Of a DNA stretch of 48,606 nt, positions 44,225-48,606 are shown in pieces. The position numbers and the translations under genes are program-made. Each line of letters begins with the position of its first letter. The stretch's first letter is position 1. The notes below the pieces were generated by a model. That model saw nothing but the letters and a program-made list of their open reading frames with translations, had not been told where the DNA came from and did not search any database. Origin of the DNA: a bacterium (lineage in GTDB: Archaea > Thermoplasmatota > E2 > JACPAO01 > JAHFTW01); the NCBI GenBank assembly GCA_040390065.1, contig JAZJZE010000034.1, positions 1 to 48,606 on the forward strand. Direction: 5' to 3'.

Positions 44225-44271
44225 GGTTGACGTTGAGGGTTTCACGCGAAACCCTCGACGCGAGCTTTAGA
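44220..44271 (+). promoter_or_regulatory. 24-position RNA hairpin before an RBS (RNase III-type site candidate)
   Basis: 22 of 24 positions paired, including 3 G-U pairs; 2x2 internal loop; ACGC loop. Confidence 0.7.
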
Positions 44272-44284
44272 CTGGAGGTGAGAC

Positions 44285-44674
44285 ATGACAAGGACGCGAG
44301 GCAACGGCAGCGAGCTTTCCTGGGACGGCCTAGAGGCAGACATTCGCCTCATGGCCGAGCATGCCGAGGAATACCCGCTAGGCGTGACCGCACACGAGCT
44401 TCGCAACGACGCGCAGGAACTGGCGCGACGAAGCGAAGGACGGCTTGTGACACAACGCGAAGCGTTCGACGAGGGCTTCCAACAGGGCGCCCGAATCGAG
44501 CACGCTGCGGCAGTCGCTGCGGCGGCGAACGCGCTGCTGAACATCCTCGGCAAGGATGCCGGGGACGGGCTCATCGACCTGGGGGCCGCTGGCACTTGGG
44601 GGTTCGATTCTTGGACCGAACATCGGTGGGTGCCAGCAGCGAAAACGCGAGCACACGCGCGGCACACGGAATAG
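44285..44674 (+). CDS. Hypothetical early protein
   Basis: GGAGGTGA RBS. Confidence 0.7.
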   Translation: MTRTRGNGSELSWDGLEADIRLMAEHAEEYPLGVTAHELRNDAQELARRSEGRLVTQREAFDEGFQQGARIEHAAAVAAAANALLNILGKDAGDGLIDLGAAGTWGFDSWTEHRWVPAAKTRAHARHTE

Positions 44675-44739
44675 GGCGAAAGTCCTAGCCTTCCCTTCGT
44701 TAGGCTAGGGCTTTGGACCTATTGCTAGGGGGTGAGAAA

Positions 44740-45036
44740 ATGAGGGACCTGAACGCGAAGTGGGGCGCCGACCCGCCGACGCGCGAGGACATCGTGCGTA
44801 CGCGGCTGGCGAATGCGGCGGAGGTTATCGCCGCCGTCGCTGAGCATCCGCAGACTGCGGAGTGGGACGGCGCGCTGTCGGCCATGGAAAACCTGGCCGA
44901 CCACCTGACTCACCTGCTGTTCAGTCGGACGCCCGGGGGCATGTATCCCGACGCTCACCTGGAGTCCGACTGGGGCAAGCGGCTCGGCGAAATCGTCGGG
45001 CCTAACCCGCCCAAAGCCTGGCCCAACGCCGACTGA
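44740..45036 (+). CDS. Hypothetical early protein (MRDLNAKW...)
   Basis: RBS AGGGGGTGA. Confidence 0.7.
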   Translation: MRDLNAKWGADPPTREDIVRTRLANAAEVIAAVAEHPQTAEWDGALSAMENLADHLTHLLFSRTPGGMYPDAHLESDWGKRLGEIVGPNPPKAWPNAD

Positions 45037-45092
45037 CCTTTTCGGCGGTGACTGTCTCGCATACAGTGCGAGGCAGTGACTATCGAAGGAGG
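45037..45092 (+). promoter_or_regulatory. Repeated leader hairpin, copy 1 (overlaps the RBS)
   Basis: Near-identical to 45892-45947, with compensatory changes. Confidence 0.8.
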
Positions 45093-45099
45093 TGATACA

Positions 45100-45396
45100 A
45101 TGAGCGTGACAGTGAGCATCGGCCGCAACGTCGAGGGCGAGCCCATGAGCAACAGCGACTGGGTGGTCTTCAAGCGCGACCTGCGTCACGTCTTCGCAAG
45201 GCTCGACCTAGCCGTGTACTTTCAGGGTGCGGGCATCGGCTACAGCGACGAGTGGGGCACAGAGGAGGCCTACACCGTCGTTGCCGAGAGCAACGTGGCG
45301 AAGGAGGCACTACTAAACTCGCTGCTGTACGCCGTACGGTACCTGTACGGGCAAGAGGCGGTGGCGGTCACCATCGGACCTACGCGGTTCGTCTGA
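45100..45396 (+). CDS. Hypothetical early protein (MSVTVSIGRNV...YGQEAVA)
   Basis: AAGGAGGTGA RBS. Confidence 0.75.
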   Translation: MSVTVSIGRNVEGEPMSNSDWVVFKRDLRHVFARLDLAVYFQGAGIGYSDEWGTEEAYTVVAESNVAKEALLNSLLYAVRYLYGQEAVAVTIGPTRFV

Positions 45397-45487
45397 GACC
45401 GTTTGGTCTAGGCCCTCCACCGTCGGGCCTAGGCCATGCGCTCTTGTGGCGTATGAGAGCATGAGCATAGCAGAGGAGGTGAAACAC

Positions 45488-45886
45488 ATGACCACGAAGC
45501 TAAACGGGTGTGACCCCGAGGAAAGCGAGGAGGCCATCCGGCGAGTCAAGAAGGGCGCGGCCCTTCTGGACGAGCGGGTGTTCGCCTGGCGCGACCGTGT
45601 CGAGGCTGACACGTTCGACATCGCCAGCGGTGCCAACTGCATCCTGGGCCAGACCTTCCGTTCCATGTTCGAGAGCTACACCTCAGGCGGGGCGTACGAG
45701 CAGGGCAGGAACGTGCTGGGCCTGGGCCACGAGGCCGCCGTCGAGCACGGTTTCAACGCGGGCGGCTCGGAGGCCGACCAGGAATTGTACGTCGGCTACA
45801 CAGCGCTGGGGCTCGCATGGGAGCTGGCGCTGTGGCCCGACATGTTCAAGGCCAGCAAGTCCGTGACCACCTACGAGAAGAAGTAG
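45488..45886 (+). CDS. Hypothetical phage protein (GAALLD..W...CILGQ)
   Basis: GAGGAGGTGA RBS; motif recalled from actinophage hypothetical proteins. Confidence 0.75.
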   Translation: MTTKLNGCDPEESEEAIRRVKKGAALLDERVFAWRDRVEADTFDIASGANCILGQTFRSMFESYTSGGAYEQGRNVLGLGHEAAVEHGFNAGGSEADQELYVGYTALGLAWELALWPDMFKASKSVTTYEKK

Positions 45887-45891
45887 CACTG

Positions 45892-45947
45892 CCGCTCGGC
45901 GGTGACTGTCTCACATTCAGTGTGAGGCAGTGACTATCGAGAGGAGG
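45892..45947 (+). promoter_or_regulatory. Repeated leader hairpin, copy 2
   Basis: See copy 1. Confidence 0.8.
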
Positions 45948-45955
45948 TGAAACAC

Positions 45956-46522
45956 ATGAGCAGAATCACAGGAACCGCTGGTTTCGGCGAGTTCTCGGAC
46001 TACAACGCGGTCGACTTCAACATCGATAGCGGCGACGTGGAGGTGGAGTACATCCCCGCCGTGTCGCACGACGAAGCGGTGCTGACCGAGGTGCCCGAGG
46101 GCGCGGACCCCGACGCGATGGACGTGGAGGGCCACAAGCTCTACGGCATCCCGCTGGTGGGCATCGAAGGGGTCGTGCTGACCCGCAGGGTCGTCGACAC
46201 TCCATCGCGGATGGAAACCCTGGAGGAGGCCCTCACCCGAGTGTTGCGTGAGGCCATCACCGTGGACGAAATCCAGAAGAGCGGCACGGACGAGCTGTCC
46301 ATCACGGTGGACTACGTCATCCGTGGCTCGGTGAGTCTGGAGCTGGTCAGCTACGAGCTGGAGAACTTCGACTACTTCGGAGAGACCCCCCCGGACGGCC
46401 TGGACAGCACGCTGGTCCACGAGGCCCTCGAAGGCTACATCGAGGAGGCCATCGCGGACGACGTGAAGGTGTTCGGCCGCTACGACTGGGATGTCGACGT
46501 TCGCATCGAGTCGGCATCCTGA
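45956..46522 (+). CDS. Highly acidic early protein
   Basis: GAGGAGGTGA RBS; D/E-rich. Confidence 0.75.
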   Translation: MSRITGTAGFGEFSDYNAVDFNIDSGDVEVEYIPAVSHDEAVLTEVPEGADPDAMDVEGHKLYGIPLVGIEGVVLTRRVVDTPSRMETLEEALTRVLREAITVDEIQKSGTDELSITVDYVIRGSVSLELVSYELENFDYFGETPPDGLDSTLVHEALEGYIEEAIADDVKVFGRYDWDVDVRIESAS

Positions 46523-46532
46523 ACCCGACCCA

Positions 46533-46579
46533 CCTGGGCGGTGGGTCTGCCAGCTAGCCTGGCAGGCCTTCCATTCAGG
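46533..46579 (+). promoter_or_regulatory. Leader hairpin of the same geometry but different sequence
   Basis: 11-bp upper stem, 5-nt loop, mismatch, C-A mismatch; abuts the RBS. Confidence 0.7.
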
Positions 46580-46597
46580 AGAGGAGGTGACACGAGC

Positions 46598-46780
46598 ATG
46601 AAGTCAGCATTCTACACTGTTCGGGTGGACGGATTCACCTGGGTGGTGCTTCGCCATAACGTGGACGCTGCGGACCGCAACTACGCATCGCAGCCGAACA
46701 CCTGGCGGGTGGATTCCTACTGGGAGAACGAAGACGCGGCGGTAGACCGCTGCTCGTTCCTCCGCTCGAAGCAGCGATGA
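46598..46780 (+). CDS. Hypothetical early protein (MKSAFYTV...)
   Basis: GAGGAGGTGA RBS. Confidence 0.7.
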   Translation: MKSAFYTVRVDGFTWVVLRHNVDAADRNYASQPNTWRVDSYWENEDAAVDRCSFLRSKQR

Positions 46781-47322
46781 GGCACACGTACCCGGACCAC
46801 GAGGAGCTGGTCACGAGCCTGCTGACTCACTACGAGGAGGCGGGCACGGACCACGCTGCGGGCTGGTATCGGGAAGCACGGAGCTACGCCCGGGCGCTGA
46901 CCCGGGAGCATGGCGGTGGTCTGGGGCGCGCAGCGGGCATCATAGCCGCGCTGAGCCCCCAGATTAGCTGGGGCGTGAACAAGCGCCTGGCCGCTCAAGT
47001 GATGGAACACGGGTGGCCCCAAGAGGGCTGCCTGCGCCTGAGCGAGCAACGAGCCCATGACATCTGGATGGGTGACCGGCCGCTTGCAGTGCTGGGCGGA
47101 CCTAAGACTCGCGCGTTCTATCGCGCCATCATGGGCGACGAGGACGCGGTCGTGCTGGACACGTGGATGGCAACAGCCATGGGCTGGCCCCACAACGCAT
47201 TCAGCGCGAGGCAGTACGAGCGGTGCGAGAGGGCACTGCGGGAGGCAGCGGCGGTAACGTCACTGGCCCCGTCGGCCTTCCAGGCAATCGTCTGGACGCA
47301 GGTGAGAGGAGGTGCAGAGTGA
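46777..47322 (+). CDS. Conserved phage protein, possibly DNA-glycosylase-like fold
   Basis: WY...IIAALSPQISWGVN...GPKTRAF...VVLDTW...QAIVW. Confidence 0.65.
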   Translation: MRHTYPDHEELVTSLLTHYEEAGTDHAAGWYREARSYARALTREHGGGLGRAAGIIAALSPQISWGVNKRLAAQVMEHGWPQEGCLRLSEQRAHDIWMGDRPLAVLGGPKTRAFYRAIMGDEDAVVLDTWMATAMGWPHNAFSARQYERCERALREAAAVTSLAPSAFQAIVWTQVRGGAE

Positions 47323-47501
47323 CAAGCATCGAGGACATCCTGGAGTACGAGGACGGGTCAATGGACCCCGAGGACGTGCTTCGGTTCTTCGCCGGACTGG
47401 TGAAGAGCGGAGAGGCGTGGACGCTGCAAGGCCACTACGGCCGGACGGCGCACGCCCTCATCACGCAGGGCTACATCACACCGGAAGGAGAAGTGCTATG
47501 A
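47319..47501 (+). CDS. Conserved small phage protein (YEDG...AWTLQGHYGRTA..LI..G)
   Basis: GAGGAGG RBS + GTG. Confidence 0.75.
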   Translation: MTSIEDILEYEDGSMDPEDVLRFFAGLVKSGEAWTLQGHYGRTAHALITQGYITPEGEVL

Positions 47502-47659
47502 GCCGAGACGAGCACCAGGACCCCGACTTCGTCGAGGTCTACCTGAACGACGACGGCACGGTGTCCCACGTGTGGGTACACTTCGTCGACGAGTGGATGG
47601 GCGAGTCGCGCGGGCGGTACGTGGAGGTGCCCGCGAGGACGTTCGAGGCCCAGTGGTAG
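47498..47659 (+). CDS. Hypothetical protein (MSRDEHQDP...)
   Basis: AAGGAG RBS; ATGA coupling. Confidence 0.65.
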   Translation: MSRDEHQDPDFVEVYLNDDGTVSHVWVHFVDEWMGESRGRYVEVPARTFEAQW

Positions 47660-47768
47660 GCTGGGCGAGACCCAGGTAGAACACGAATATCGGAGCGGCA
47701 ACCCAAACGCCTAGCAGCCCTGCTCCGAGGCGCGAGTTCTGTTTGGGCTGGGTCTCGCCGAACCTATC
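47655..47768 (+). ncRNA. Candidate pseudoknotted structured RNA
   Basis: 12-bp basal stem, two inner stems, and 7-bp loop-to-bulge complementarity. Confidence 0.6.
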
Positions 47769-47788
47769 CAACGAGAGGAGGTGACAAC

Positions 47789-48013
47789 ATGCAACTGGAC
47801 GTGAACATCAACGCCACCCTGGAGGTGGGCGACGAGGACTGGTACGAGCTTCTCGAATCCTGCGACGGAGACGAGGACTCGGCCATCTGCGAGCTGGTGA
47901 ACGACCTGGAGTACGGCGGGCTGGACACCATGTACGGAAGCGCCTGGGTCTGCTCGGCCGAGGGCATCATCCTGATGGCGGCCGAGGAGGACACACGACC
48001 GACGGGAGAGTGA
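47789..48013 (+). CDS. Very acidic small protein
   Basis: GAGGAGGTGA RBS. Confidence 0.7.
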   Translation: MQLDVNINATLEVGDEDWYELLESCDGDEDSAICELVNDLEYGGLDTMYGSAWVCSAEGIILMAAEEDTRPTGE

Positions 48014-48017
48014 GGAC

Positions 48018-48200
48018 ATGAAGGGACCCATCGAGCAACAGCTGGACGAGGAGCTGAACAACAAGGAGGCGGTCGAGCAGGCCATCGCGGCGCTCGACGC
48101 AGCCATCGTCGAGTTCTGGGAGGAGGAGGCACATGGAAACAGTGCGCGGTACGAAGAGAGCGCCGAGGAAACCTGGGCGCGAGAAGAGGGTCGGACCTAA
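48018..48200 (+). CDS. Acidic hypothetical protein
   Basis: RBS and typical codon usage. Confidence 0.6.
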   Translation: MKGPIEQQLDEELNNKEAVEQAIAALDAAIVEFWEEEAHGNSARYEESAEETWAREEGRT

Positions 48201-48357
48201 TCGGCCCATCGACGGCTACAAGCGGCCGCTGAAGGACCCGAACGGAGCGGTGGTCGGGTACCTGGACAGGTGGGGCAACGCCTTTATCATCCGGGTATCC
48301 GGCCCCAACGGATGGACGTGGAAGGAGGTGTATCATGCTCACAGCGTTTCAGTGTGA
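48133..48357 (+). CDS. Basic hypothetical protein (overlaps the upstream ORF by 68 nt)
   Basis: GAGGAGG RBS before ATG; fills the gap to the next gene. Confidence 0.5.
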   Translation: METVRGTKRAPRKPGREKRVGPNRPIDGYKRPLKDPNGAVVGYLDRWGNAFIIRVSGPNGWTWKEVYHAHSVSV

Positions 48358-48606
48358 GACCGGCGCGTACATGACCGAGAACGGCGAGCTGCTGTGCGAG
48401 GACTGTGCGCGGGACGACTTCACCAAGCCGGTGTCCCGCTACGAGCTGAGCTGCTGGAATGAGGGCGGCGACAGCCCGTACGATAACGGCGACGAGGGCC
48501 ACGCCCCGGAGTGCTACTGCGACTACGGCGTGACCTGCGACGGCTGTGGTGCTGAGCTGGAGGAGGCCTTCACCACGCCCGAGTGCGAGGCGCTACAGGA
48601 GGAGGA
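48335..48606 (+). CDS. Cys-rich protein running off the window end (MLTAFQCETG...CEDC...CDGC)
   Basis: AAGGAGGTG RBS; open to the end of the window. Confidence 0.7.
   Translation, partial: MLTAFQCETGAYMTENGELLCEDCARDDFTKPVSRYELSCWNEGGDSPYDNGDEGHAPECYCDYGVTCDGCGAELEEAFTTPECEALQEE

Larger units (their letters stand above)
42603..44721. repeat. Dispersed TAGG-N8-CCTA palindromic boxes (10 exact copies plus near matches)
   Basis: Exact copies start at 42603, 42775, 42870, 42914, 43399, 43724, 43760, 43986, 44672 and 44706. Confidence 0.88.
1..48606. mobile_element. Tailed dsDNA bacteriophage genome, podovirus-like, probably complete and circularly permuted
   Basis: Terminase, portal, scaffold, capsid, tail, lysis and replication genes are all present in coherent operons. 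No host housekeeping genes. The two ends join in frame. Confidence 0.93.

Noticed and set aside
42603-44721. CRISPR array or integron attC array
   Set aside because: Spacing is irregular, the core is variable, there are no constant-length spacers, and no cas operon or integron integrase is present.
48338-48358. CTCACA...CAGTGTGAG resembling the repeated leader hairpin
   Set aside because: Only a 6-bp stem inside a coding start; likely coincidental.

Overview
The window looks like an essentially complete ~48.6 kb high-GC tailed dsDNA phage genome, opened inside its early region (an ORF running off the right end reads in frame into base 1). The architecture is podovirus-like. Early small ORFs lie on + (42.95 kb to the end, and 1-2.6 kb). 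A leftward family-A DNA polymerase operon (2.7-6.3 kb) diverges from a rightward replication block (resolvase, AEP primase, Cas4-like nuclease, DnaB-like helicase, dNMP kinase; 6.5-15 kb). The late operon is on - (terminase, portal, scaffold, capsid, adaptor/nozzle, fibre, internal virion proteins, lysis; 42.3 to 15.3 kb). I found no integrase, tape measure, CRISPR array or reverse transcriptase. An actinobacterial host is suggested but not proven. The most unusual signals are non-coding: (1) an 81-nt RNA that is an intact tmRNA tRNA-like domain with the whole mRNA-like domain missing; (2) a 4-copy promoter motif with TTGAC only 5 bp from a -10-like hexamer, in a genome encoding a sigma-region-4-only protein; (3) ten TAGG-N8-CCTA boxes bracketing the first early ORFs; (4) two pseudoknotted structured RNAs and a family of covarying hairpins beside ribosome-binding sites. 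Also notable are a 2041-aa ejection-type protein with ART-like and GNAT domains and a phage-encoded sortase substrate. All protein calls come from motif recognition by eye; no searches were run.
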